64,000 bases of DNA from Macrostomum lignano. Taxonomy: Eukaryota. Numbering within the stretch: the stretch's first letter is position 1; each line of letters starts with the position of its first letter. The notes beneath the pieces are model-generated. The model worked only from the letters and a program-made list of their open reading frames with translations, was not told where the DNA came from and did not search any database. Shown here in pieces: positions 34,954-44,654 of this stretch. Made by a program: the position numbers and the translations under genes. The stretch spans positions 62,001-126,000 of the forward strand of contig NIVC01001377.1 of assembly GCA_002269645.1 (NCBI GenBank), in the 5' to 3' direction.

Positions 34954-34996
34954 GACTGAGACCGGTTTCGGGCTTGTTTGCCCTCGTCAGTCAGTC
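34954..34996 (-). ncRNA. Minimal type-I hammerhead ribozyme
   Basis: Minus strand reads GACUGA-CUGACGA-GGGC(AAACAA)GCCC-GAAA-C(CG)G-UC|UCAGUC. It has a perfect 6-bp stem I, the full CUGANGA/GAAA/NUH core, a 4-bp stem II and a palindromic ACCGGU stem III. Predicted cleavage is after C34960. Confidence 0.9.
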
Positions 34997-35043
34997 ATAG
35001 CCACGCGAGGTCGGCTCCACCTCTAGCCAGCTGAGTGGAACTG

Positions 35044-35052
35044 CTATTTATA
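35044..35052 (-). promoter_or_regulatory. TATA box (TATAAATAG) ~50 nt upstream of the hammerhead
   Basis: Consensus TATA in a GC-rich context, oriented toward the ribozyme and the array. Confidence 0.45.
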
Positions 35053-35261
35053 CGCCCTTGCACCAAGTCCTTGCCTTGCACATGGCGACATTTTCTAGTC
35101 CACCATGTGAGGAATTCGCGCCATGTTCAAATAGCTTTACTATCAGTAAGCTATCGCTTACAAATGTAACTAATACGAGCCGCTATATGCTGCACATGAT
35201 TTTGTCAGTATTTTTAGATCTTGCGTCTGCACTCTACAGGGTACAACCGTGTAGTTGGCTA

Positions 35262-35498
35262 CTACAACTGCCTTATAACTTCAGCAAAGTTATAATAGCT
35301 GTCAAAATTGTTAATGACTACTCCGTGTTTTTCAAACCAGTGAGATTTAAGTGCTTGATTAATATTAGGGACATTGATATCAACGTCGGGCCAATATTTT
35401 CTCATGTATTCGCTGCATTCTAGTTTGCATTGGTACTTGGATTTGTACAATGGATGAGGCTGAGTATAATAGGAACCTGGAGAGACAACTGGAAACAT
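35262..35498 (-). CDS. Small 78-aa ORF in subterminal inverted region (paralog of 19755-19994)
   Basis: MFPVVSPGSYYTQPHPLYKSKYQC is identical in both; the C-termini diverge. Confidence 0.6.
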   Translation of the reverse strand: MFPVVSPGSYYTQPHPLYKSKYQCKLECSEYMRKYWPDVDINVPNINQALKSHWFEKHGVVINNFDSYYNFAEVIRQL

Positions 35499-35562
35499 TT
35501 TTATTGAGAAATTAATTTTTTTTCAAAGGGTAAGGACCCTGCGCTGATGATTTAAAGTCTTT

Positions 35563-35982
35563 GGGATCTGGTTTCAACGCTTCGGATTGAATGTGGGGAG
35601 AAGAATGCAGATTATTTTCTGATTGTTTCGAAGATGCTATGGGTGGATGTTGGTGGATTATGTCTGTGTCAGTGAGCATAACAAGTGTCCACAGTGAGCA
35701 TAACAGGTATCAGTGGACACCTGCTCTGATTCTGTCAGGGATAATATGGTTGGATTTAATGGGATTATGTTCGAAGTTTTCGGAGCAAGTGCGGCCCCTC
35801 CCCTTTTTCATGATTCTGTCAGGGATAATATGGATGGATTTAATGGGATTATGGAGGAGGTTTTGTGAGCAGGTGCGACCCCCCTTTTTTTCTGATTCTG
35901 TCAGGGATAATATGGATGGATTTAATGGGATTATGGAGGAGGTGAAAAATTTTGTCCCAGAAGCCCCCTCATGCCTTCTACT
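35563..35982 (-). repeat. Right terminal inverted repeat (420 bp)
   Basis: Reverse complement of 19269-19688. Confidence 0.95.
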
Positions 35983-36277
35983 GAGGGGAGAGAAAGAGAA
36001 AATGAATTTTACATTCTGTCAGATCAGGTTTTTACGTATTGCATATTGTAGGCATGCTTTGGAGGTGCGATCGGAGTGATTGGTTGCCATAATTTGTATT
36101 TAAAGCGAAATGAGTGCTGGGTGGTATTTCAGCAATGTTTCGAACTCAGGTTGAAGTTGTGAACTCAGAAATTCGGCCACTCGGCATCGAATAAAAATGA
36201 ATTATTGATGGGCAAATTTAACAAATTCTATTGCATGTGAATCTCAGCATTCTAATGATGAACCCAGCCTCACTCAC

Positions 36278-36639
36278 CTGCTCCCACTGCCACCTGTGCG
36301 TGGCCCTCCGTCACCTGCAGCCGAGTGGCGTCTCTGCAGGAGTATTTCCTTTTGCAGCCACCTTTCATATGGAACTTTTGCTTAGCAACCAGCACAGTCC
36401 AGTCAATGTCCGAGTCTGCAGCTGTCCTGCCGTTCACTTGCACCAGACTGTTGGCCCAGCCCTCTGCGTAGCTGCCCGTCATCTGCCTGCCATCCTGTGT
36501 GAGGACTCGAGCGACTCCTTCCAGCCAGTCAGCCAGTCCCTGCTGACACTCTGCTCTCTGCTCGGTGAATCCCGCATCGCTGAGCAGTCGATGCAGCTCC
36601 CTGCTTAGACGGCGGTCCTGCTCGGAGTGGTCCCAGCGT
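36278..36639 (-). CDS. Exon 3 of ANK-cGLR gene: nucleotidyltransferase active-site motif
   Basis: MTGSYAEG...ADSDIDWTV is the GS...DxD signature of the pol-beta/cGAS NTase fold. Acceptor ccccAG at 36641-36640; donor GTGAGT at 36277. Confidence 0.85.
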
Positions 36640-36738
36640 CTGGGGAGAGGTAAGAGTGGAGTGAGTGGAAGCGGATTTGCAAAGTGGCCCAAGCTCAACC
36701 CAAAGAAGGAAAGGTGGAATGAAAGCGGTCACACTCAC

Positions 36739-36780
36739 GGATGGAGGCGTTGAGCGGCTGCCTGCAGGTGCTGTGGGTTT
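36739..36780 (-). CDS. Predicted 42-nt microexon 2 of ANK-cGLR gene
   Basis: Polypyrimidine-ttccAG acceptor and GTGAGT donor; the exon is symmetric in phase 2 and open (ENPQHLQAAAQRLHP). Confidence 0.6.
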
Positions 36781-36864
36781 CTGGAATGTGTGAAGGAAAG
36801 GGAGGTAAGTTGGTGAAGTGATTGCAAGTAGAATTGCAACTAATGGCAACAAATGGCAACTGAC

Positions 36865-37856
36865 TCGGTGGGATTCAGCAACCGCAGCACCTGCCGCTGC
36901 TCATATCGCTGTGCGAGCTGCGCACACGTGAGGCCCTGACTGTCTCGATGGCTGGCATCGGCTCCATTGTCGATGAGAGTCTTGGCTGCTCGCACGTGAC
37001 CGGCTTGGCAGGCTCGTGACAGAGCAGTGCGACCGTGAGTGTCTTGAGCGTGCAGTGAGGCGCCGAGATCGATGAGTTTGTGAATGAGTTCGTGCTGACC
37101 AGCATCAGCTGCGAGCATTAGAGCGGTGGCTCCAGTGTTGTCGTCTGGAAGATCGACATGCTGTGTGCTGAATCGCTCATGATTGAGCAGTGTGGCGGCA
37201 AGAGCGACGTGTCTTTGAGAGATGGAGAGACAGAGCAGCTGTGTGATTTGATCTGGCTGCATTCGAGAGAGGGTGTCGGTGAGAACGGAGTTGCTGCCTT
37301 CGATGGCCATCGCTGCAGTGAAGCTGAGGATGGTGTTGGATTGGAAGAGCCATTGGGGCTCGAGGCCGAGGGAGGCAACGAAAGGTTCTTGAAGATTAGA
37401 GCAAGCGTTTATTGAGTATTGGAAACGGAGATTCCTACTTTGATCGGGATTCGAGAGACACGAGATGAGAAACTCAACGATTTCAAAGTGACCATATACT
37501 GCAGCATTTTCGGCAGCTTTGATGCAGCAGGTGTCCCAGTTTGATTGGTCATTGATTTGTAAGAGGAGAAACATGATGATTTCAAAGTGACCTAATACTG
37601 CAGCATATTCGGCAGCTTTGATGCAGCAGGTGTCCCTGTTTGATTGGTCATTGATTTGTGAGAGGAGAAACTTGACGACTTCAAAGTGACCACTGAATGC
37701 AGCAACTTCGGTAGCTTTGATGCAGCAGGTGTCCCTGTTTGATTGGTCATTGATTTGTACGAGGAGAAACTTGACGTCTTCAAGGCGACCTTTACGTGCA
37801 GCATCAGCAATGTTTTCGGTGGTCGCTTGCTGATGTCGGCTTTGATTTTGGCCCAT
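36865..37856 (-). CDS. Exon 1 of ANK-cGLR gene: MGxxxS myristoylation motif plus ankyrin repeats
   Basis: MGQNQS start, four GHFEIV-type 33-aa repeats, then canonical ankyrins (GATALMLAADAG, GRTALSRACQAGH); GTCAGT donor at 36864. Confidence 0.85.
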
Positions 37857-37904
37857 TGTTCTGGAGAACGGTATGGATAAAAAAGGTTAAGTGGGAGAAA
37901 GGAG

Positions 37905-38290
37905 AAGTCAGAGTGGCAGATGTCAGTCACGGCTGCTGTCAGAGTGGCAGATGTCAGTCACGGCTGCTGTCAGAGTGGCAGTTGTCAGTCACGGCTGCTG
38001 TCAGAGTGGCAGATGTCAGTCACGGCTGCTGTCAGAGTGGCAGATGTCAGTCACGGCTGCTGTCAGAGTGGCAGATGTCAGTCACGGCTGCTGTCAGAGT
38101 GGCAGATGTCAGTCACGGCTGCTGTCAGAGTGGCAGATGTCAGTCACGGCTGCTGTCAGAGTGGCAGATGTGAGTCACGGCTGCTGTCAGAGTGGCAGAT
38201 GTCAGTCACGGCTGCTGTCAGAGTGGCAGATGTCAGTCACGGCTGCTGTCAGAGTGGCAGATGTCAGTCACGGCTGCTGTCAGAGTCGCA
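37905..38290. repeat. 31-bp minisatellite (same family as 945-1296)
   Basis: Tandem copies. Confidence 0.95.
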
Positions 38291-38892
38291 GGTGTTTCAA
38301 AGGTTTGTGCAGCCGGTTGCCAGAAAATTTTTAACGCCTAATTCCTCAGCTGCTCACATTTTTTGCAGCCTCTGTCGAGGCCACCCCTTGACCACCCCGG
38401 CCTCAGCAACCGAAACTTCTCTCCCGAGCGTGAGCGCTTTTGCCTCTGTGCACCCAGCATGGCAACGGAGAGGCTGCGGCTGCAGCGGCCACCCCAAGCT
38501 GTACTTGATGAGGCTGAGCTGACCCATTGTGCCTGAGTGCAGTGTGAGATCTTTAAATGCATTTAATGGCCCACTGAGCGGTGTAAAATGCTGCTCAGTG
38601 CCGCAGTGCATCGGTTTGAGGAGGCGGTCAAATGTACATAAAATGCATTGTTAAACTGGACCAGTGTTCTCTCTCACTCTGCCCACTGGCCTTCGTAACT
38701 GTAGCAGCTGCAGAGCATTGGCTGGCTGGCAACAGGGCTCTGGCTTTCTCCCGACTCTCCTATGCTTTCACCTGCTCCTCTCGTGCGCAGCTCAGGCAGT
38801 TGAGAGTCTGCTGGGCTGAGTTTGGCGAGTGCATTTAGCAGCAATAACTTACATTCTTTTGCTTTTCTACAGAAGCCTCTCATCACTGCCGC

Positions 38893-40435
38893 TCCCTACA
38901 GTCAGCATCCCTACAGTCAGCATCCCTACAGTCAGCATCCCTACAGTCAGCATCCCTACAGTCAGCATCCCTACAGTCAGCATCCCTACAGTCAGCATCC
39001 CTACAGTCAGCATCCCTACAGTCAGCATCCCTACAGTCAGCATCCCTACAGTCAGCATCCCTACAGTCAGCATCCCTACAGTCAGCATCCCTACAGTCAG
39101 CATCCCTACAGTCAGCATCCCTACAGTCAGCATCCCTACAGTCAGCATCCCTACAGTCAGCATCCCTACAGTCAGCATCCCTACAGTCAGCATCCCTACA
39201 GTCAGCATCCCTACAGTCACCATCCCTACAGTCACCATCCCTACAGTCAGCATCCCTACAGTCAGCATCCCTACAGTCAGCATCCCTACAGTCAGCATCC
39301 CTACAGTCACCATCCCTACAGTCAGCATCCCTACAGTCAGCATCCCTACAGTCACCATCCCTACAGTCAACATCCCTACAATCACCATCCCTACAGTCAG
39401 CATCCCTACAGTCAGCATCCCTACAGTCAGCATCCCTACAGTCAGCATCCCTACAGTCAGCATCCCTACAGTCAGCATCCCTACAGTCAGCATCCCTACA
39501 GTCAGCATCCCTACAGTCAGCATCCCTACAGTCAGCATCCCTACAGTCAGCATCCCTACAGTCAGCATCCCTACAGTCAGCATCCCTACAGTCAGCATCC
39601 CTACAGTCAGCATCCCTACAGTCAGCATCCCTACAGTCAGCATCCCTACAGTCAGCATCCCTACAGTCAGCATCCCTACAGTCAGCATCCCTACAGTCAC
39701 CATCCCTACAGTCACCATCCCTACAGCCACCATCCCTACAGTCAGCATCCCTACAGTCAGCATCCCTACAGTCAGCATCCCTACAGTCAGCATCCCTACA
39801 GTCAGCATCCCTACAGTCAGCATCCCTACAGTCAGCATCCCTACAGTCAGCATCCCTACAGTCAGCATCCCTACAGTCAGCATCCCTACAGTCAGCATCC
39901 CTACAGTCAGCATCCCTACAGTCAGCATCCCTACAGTCAGCATCCCTACAGTCAGCATCCCTACAGTCAGCATCCCTACAGTCAGCATCCCTACAGTCAG
40001 CATCCCTACAGTCAGCATCCCTACAGTCACCATCCCTACAGCCACCATCCCTACAGTCAGCATCCCTACAGTCAGCATCCCTACAGTCAGCATCCCTACA
40101 GTCAGCATCCCTACAGTCAGCATCCCTACAGTCAGCATCCCTACAGTCAGCATCCCTACAGTCAGCATCCCTACAGTCAGCATCCCTACAGTCAGCATCC
40201 CTACAGTCAGCATCCCTACAGTCAGCATCCCTACAGTCAGCATCCCTACAGTCAGCATCCCTACAGTCAACATCCCTACAGTCAGCATCCCTACAGTCAG
40301 CATCCCTACAGTCAGCATCCCTACAGTCACAATCCCTACAGTCAGCATCCCTACAGTCACAATCCCTACAGTCACCATCCCTACAGTCAGCATCCCTACA
40401 GTCCCCATCCCTACAGTCACCATCCCTACAGTCAC
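38893..40435. repeat. 15-bp satellite (CCCTACAGTCAGCAT), left part, highly homogeneous
   Basis: ~100 copies; interrupted by the Gypsy element. Confidence 0.97.
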
Positions 40436-40691
40436 TGTGGTGACTGCGTTTCGCTTTCTGTGCAGAGTGGGGGATGGGGGGCTGTCTCTCTCTCTCTCTC
40501 TCTCGGATTGTACTCGCGCACGTGCATACTCTGGAGCGCGAGCACGCCAGAGGTAGCGGCTGATTGGTCAGCCTAGTCAGGCTGGAAAATAAACTGGTAT
40601 TTATTGAGAGAGCTAGGCTTGGCCAGCTCTAAGAAGATTTTTTCTCTCTGCAAGCCACTCAGACTTTGTTACAGTGGCGACGAGGTGACTA

Positions 40692-43600
40692 ATGGCCACG
40701 GGCCTACTGTGTAGCATCGGTCCATTTGAGCCTGAAAATGAGGACTGGCTGCAGTACAAGGAAAGAGTGGAGCAAGTTTTCATTGCAAGCGACATAGAGT
40801 CCGAAGACAAAAAGCGAGCTGTCTTCCTCAGTGTCTGTGGCAAGGAGACATTCAAGCTGATTTGCAGCCTGCTGGCCCCGAGGAAGCCATCGGAGACGAG
40901 CTACGCAGACATTTGCCAAAAACTAAAGGAGCACTGGAAGCCGGAGCCTTCTGAAATTGTGCAGCGTTTTCATTTCTATCAGCGCGTGCGGGCCAGCACC
41001 GAGTCAGTGGCGGATTTCCTGGCCAGTTTGCGGCGTCTGGCCGTGGACTGCAAGTTCGGAAACAGCTTGGAGTCGATGCTCAGGGATCGGCTAGTGCTCG
41101 GCATCCAGGACGATCGGATCCAGCGCAGACTGCTGTCGGAGCCGGAGCTGGATCTCGAGAAGGCGCTGAAGATCGCTCAAGCGGTGGAGCTGGCGGAAAA
41201 AGGCTGCACGGTCGTCAGGAGCTCACAGGAGGTGGCTGGCCCTGCGGCGGCTGCTTCAGTCGATCGAGTCGACCAGGCCAAGGCGACCGGATCTGGTCGA
41301 GCCCCACAGAAGTGTTTCCGGTGCTTGTCGACTCGACATCTGGCGGACAAGTGCCCGTTCATCAAGAAGGCATGCTTCAAGTGCGGCAAGCTCGGGCACA
41401 CCGCAGCTGCTTGCCGTAGAGGCGCCGGGGCATCTGGTGCGGACTCCAAGCCCCGCGTGGGCGCCGTGCAAGAAGCAGAAGACGAGGACTGCAGCTCCCT
41501 TAACACCGTGCCCAGCGTTGCAGCCAAGGTGCCACCCTACTTGACCAAGGTACTGATCAACGGCGTGTCCTGCCAGATGGAGATAGACACGGGCGCCGCG
41601 GTGTCGTTGATCTCAGCCAAAGTCTACCAGGATCTTCTCGGAGGTATCCCTAAGCTCGGTGGGACCACGATTCGGCTGCGAAACTACGGCGGCCAACCTG
41701 TCAACGTGCTGGGACAGTTGAGCGTCACAGTGGAGATTCCAGGAAATGAAAAGAAACTGCTGCCTCTGGTGGTGGTCTCAGGAAGCGGCTCCAGCTTGAT
41801 CGGACGGAACTGGCTGTCTGAACTAACCATGGACTGGAGAAGCATCAAGGAGCTGCGAGAGCGAGAACTGCCGGCTCAGGGAAATCAGCAGGTGGAGCAG
41901 CTGCTGCAAAAGTACAGCGCAGTATTTTCGGACGGACTCGGTTGCTACACAGGCGAACCACTGAAATTGCGGACGAAACCAGGTGCACAGCCCAAATTTT
42001 TCAAAGCTCGGACGGTGCCGTTCGCTTTGAAGTCCAAGGTGGAAGAGCAGCTGGACCGGGAGATCGAGCAAGGCGTTCTGCAGCCTGTCTCTAACTCCGA
42101 GTACGCGTCTCCTATCGTGCCGGTGCTCAAGGCGGATGGATCCGTCAGAATCTGCGCGGATTTCAAGCGCACGGTGAACCAAGACGTTGTGCAGGACTCC
42201 TACCCGCTGCCCAGAATTGAAGAATTGTTCGCAAAGCTAACAGGAGGCCAGAAATTCACCAAGCTAGACCTCAGTCAGGCGTATCAGCAACTGCCCCTGG
42301 ACTCGGAATCACAGCGTCTGTGCACCATCAACACCTCCAAAGGGTTGCTCAGGTACACCAGGTTGCCGTTCGGCATCTCACCGGCAGTCGGCATGTTTCA
42401 GAGGACAATGGACGGCTTGCTTCAAGGAAGACCGCACACGGCGGCTTTTATCGACGATCTGCTGGTGACAGGAACTGATGACGCGAAGCACCTGGAGAAC
42501 CTGGAAGCCGTTTTGCAGCGCCTACAAGATGCTGGGCTGAAGTGCCGAGCTGACAAGTGCCGGTTCATGCAGGAGTCCGTGAGTTACCTGGGCCACCGAA
42601 TCGACGCCGGCGGTCTCCACCCGCTGGAAAGCAAGGTCAGCGCGATCGTTGAGGCGCCAGCTCCCCAGGACGTCACCCAACTCCGCAGCTTCCTGGGCCT
42701 CATAAATTATTATGGACGATTCCTGCCGAACCTGTCCAGCTTGCTCGCTCCGCTGCACCGCCTATTGGACAAGGGCGCTGTCTGGCAATGGAACAGCCCG
42801 CAAGAGAGTGCGTTTCACCGCTGCAAGGAGCTCCTGCTGAGCTCTCAGACGCTAGTGCATTTCGACCCCGGTAAAGAGGTCATCCTGGAGTGCGACAGCT
42901 CGCCCTACGGTCTCGGCGCGGTCATCTGCCACCTAATAGACGGCGTGGAGCGGCCCATCTCGTTTGCGTCCCGCACTCTGGCCGATGCGGAGAAGAACTA
43001 CTCCCAGACGGAGAAGGAGGCCTTGGCAGTTGTTTTCGGCGTCAAGCGATTCCACACCTATCTGTACGGCCGGAACTTCCAGCTGAAGAGTGACCACAAG
43101 CCGCTTCTAGGACTGCTTCACGAGAACAAGGCCATTCCGCCACTAGCATCTGCCAGGATTCAGCGCTGGGCTCTGCTGCTGTCCAGCTACTCCTATCGAC
43201 TGCAATACCGCAAGGGCGCCACCCTGCTGCGGGCGGATGCACTGAGCCGGTTGCCGCTGCCGTCCAAGCCAGCGGAGGCGCCGGCGCCGGCTGAGGTGGT
43301 ACTGCTGATCGACTCATTCAACGAGGGCCCAGTGACTGCGGCTCAAGTTCGCTGCTGGACACGGCGAGACCCGCTACTCGGTCGAGTGCTCAGGTTCGTG
43401 CAAGAAGGCTGGCCGGAGGATCGGCGAGGGAGCGAAGATCTGCGGCCGTTTGCGTCTCGAGCTGCGGAACTTAGCGTGGAGGACGGCTGCCTGCTGTGGG
43501 GCACCAGAGTGGTGGTGCCGGTTCAGGGACGCCTGGCGTTGCTCGAGTGTCTGCACCAAAGTCACCTAGGAGCGTCCAAGCTGAAGTCGCTGGCCAGGAA

Positions 43601-44654
43601 CTATTTTTGGTGGCCGGGAATGGACGGAGACATCGAGCGGCTCTCGCAGCACTGCCGGCAGTGCAAACTGCATCAGCACAGCCCACCTCCAGCGCCGCTG
43701 CAGCCCTGGCCCTGGCCTGACAGACCGTGGTCAAGGGTCCACATGGATTACGCTGGACCGTTCGAAGGCAAGATGCTGCTGATTCTGGTCGACGCGCATT
43801 CCAAGTGGATCGAGGTGCACATCTGCCAGTCCGCGACCAGCTCCGCTACAATCGATCGGCTCCGGCGGACTTTCAGCCAGCTGGGCCTGCCGGAGGTCGT
43901 GGTGACGGACAACGGGCCCAACTTCGTGAGTCAAGAGATGGAGAGCTTCATGAGCAGCAATGGCATCCGGCATGTCAAGGTGTCGCCCTATCATCCGGCG
44001 TCCAACGGCCTGGCGGAACGCGCGGTACAAACGGTGAAGGCGGCTCTGGCAAAGGGACAGCCGGCGGCTCTGCAGACTCGGCTCGCTCGGTTCCTGCTGA
44101 CCTACCGGGTGACTCCGCACAGCACGACTGGCGTTCCGCCGAGCCAGCTGATGATGGGCCGGCCTCTGCGAACACTGCTGGATCTGGTACGTCCGGACGT
44201 CTCGGCTGCGGTCACGCGACGACAGGAGGCACAGAAGCTACAACACGACAGGCGCGCCAGAGCGAGGTCCTTCGAGGAAGGCGACGACGTCGTAGTGCGG
44301 GATTTCACGGGTCAGCAGAAGTGGCTGCCGGCCAGCATCAGCCGACAAACAGCACCTTTGTCCTACGAGTGCCGGCTGCCTGATGATCGCATTGTACGCC
44401 GCCACGCCGACCATGTAGCCTCTGCAGGCGTCGAACCGCTGACCTCAGGAAGCACGGAACTGCCAATTAATGACGAGCTGCGCTACGAATCGGCTGAGGC
44501 AGAAGTTCCGCCGCTGCTGCCGCCCACGCCGCGGCCGCCCACACAGCCACCGACCGCGCCACCGCCGCCCACGCAGCCGCCGCTTCCTCCGACTCCTCAG
44601 GCGCGGCGTTCGCAGAGGAACCGAAAATGCCCGGACAGGTTGACGTACAAGTGA
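40692..44654 (+). CDS. Gag-Pol polyprotein (2x CCHC, protease, RT, RNase H, integrase), copy 1
   Basis: CFRC..H....C/CFKC..GH....C, EIDTGA, FIDD, ECDSS, HxxH/CxxC, VHMDY...TDNG...AERAV; 1320 aa, intact. Confidence 0.97.
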   Translation: MATGLLCSIGPFEPENEDWLQYKERVEQVFIASDIESEDKKRAVFLSVCGKETFKLICSLLAPRKPSETSYADICQKLKEHWKPEPSEIVQRFHFYQRVRASTESVADFLASLRRLAVDCKFGNSLESMLRDRLVLGIQDDRIQRRLLSEPELDLEKALKIAQAVELAEKGCTVVRSSQEVAGPAAAASVDRVDQAKATGSGRAPQKCFRCLSTRHLADKCPFIKKACFKCGKLGHTAAACRRGAGASGADSKPRVGAVQEAEDEDCSSLNTVPSVAAKVPPYLTKVLINGVSCQMEIDTGAAVSLISAKVYQDLLGGIPKLGGTTIRLRNYGGQPVNVLGQLSVTVEIPGNEKKLLPLVVVSGSGSSLIGRNWLSELTMDWRSIKELRERELPAQGNQQVEQLLQKYSAVFSDGLGCYTGEPLKLRTKPGAQPKFFKARTVPFALKSKVEEQLDREIEQGVLQPVSNSEYASPIVPVLKADGSVRICADFKRTVNQDVVQDSYPLPRIEELFAKLTGGQKFTKLDLSQAYQQLPLDSESQRLCTINTSKGLLRYTRLPFGISPAVGMFQRTMDGLLQGRPHTAAFIDDLLVTGTDDAKHLENLEAVLQRLQDAGLKCRADKCRFMQESVSYLGHRIDAGGLHPLESKVSAIVEAPAPQDVTQLRSFLGLINYYGRFLPNLSSLLAPLHRLLDKGAVWQWNSPQESAFHRCKELLLSSQTLVHFDPGKEVILECDSSPYGLGAVICHLIDGVERPISFASRTLADAEKNYSQTEKEALAVVFGVKRFHTYLYGRNFQLKSDHKPLLGLLHENKAIPPLASARIQRWALLLSSYSYRLQYRKGATLLRADALSRLPLPSKPAEAPAPAEVVLLIDSFNEGPVTAAQVRCWTRRDPLLGRVLRFVQEGWPEDRRGSEDLRPFASRAAELSVEDGCLLWGTRVVVPVQGRLALLECLHQSHLGASKLKSLARNYFWWPGMDGDIERLSQHCRQCKLHQHSPPPAPLQPWPWPDRPWSRVHMDYAGPFEGKMLLILVDAHSKWIEVHICQSATSSATIDRLRRTFSQLGLPEVVVTDNGPNFVSQEMESFMSSNGIRHVKVSPYHPASNGLAERAVQTVKAALAKGQPAALQTRLARFLLTYRVTPHSTTGVPPSQLMMGRPLRTLLDLVRPDVSAAVTRRQEAQKLQHDRRARARSFEEGDDVVVRDFTGQQKWLPASISRQTAPLSYECRLPDDRIVRRHADHVASAGVEPLTSGSTELPINDELRYESAEAEVPPLLPPTPRPPTQPPTAPPPPTQPPLPPTPQARRSQRNRKCPDRLTYK

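Larger units (their letters stand above)
19269..35982. mobile_element. Polinton/Maverick (adintovirus-like endogenous virus), 16,714 bp, full length
   Basis: Ends are AGTAGAAGG.../...CCTTCTACT with 420-bp TIRs. A 6-bp TSD GAGGGG lies at 19263-19268 and 35983-35988. It carries INT, pPolB, protease, ATPase, MCP, mCP and PLA2 genes. Confidence 0.97.

Noticed and set aside
33381-35000. 539-aa and 506-aa ORFs across the 60-bp array
   Set aside because: They are a by-product of a stop-free 60-bp unit, open on both strands, with no non-repetitive domain.
38822-40576. SQHPY / TVSIP / MLTVG repeat proteins
   Set aside because: They are frames of the 15-bp satellite; there is no evidence of coding.
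43727-44383. Alternative-frame and antisense ORFs within the Gypsy copies
   Set aside because: They are expected shadows of a GC-rich coding sequence and are duplicated only because the element is.
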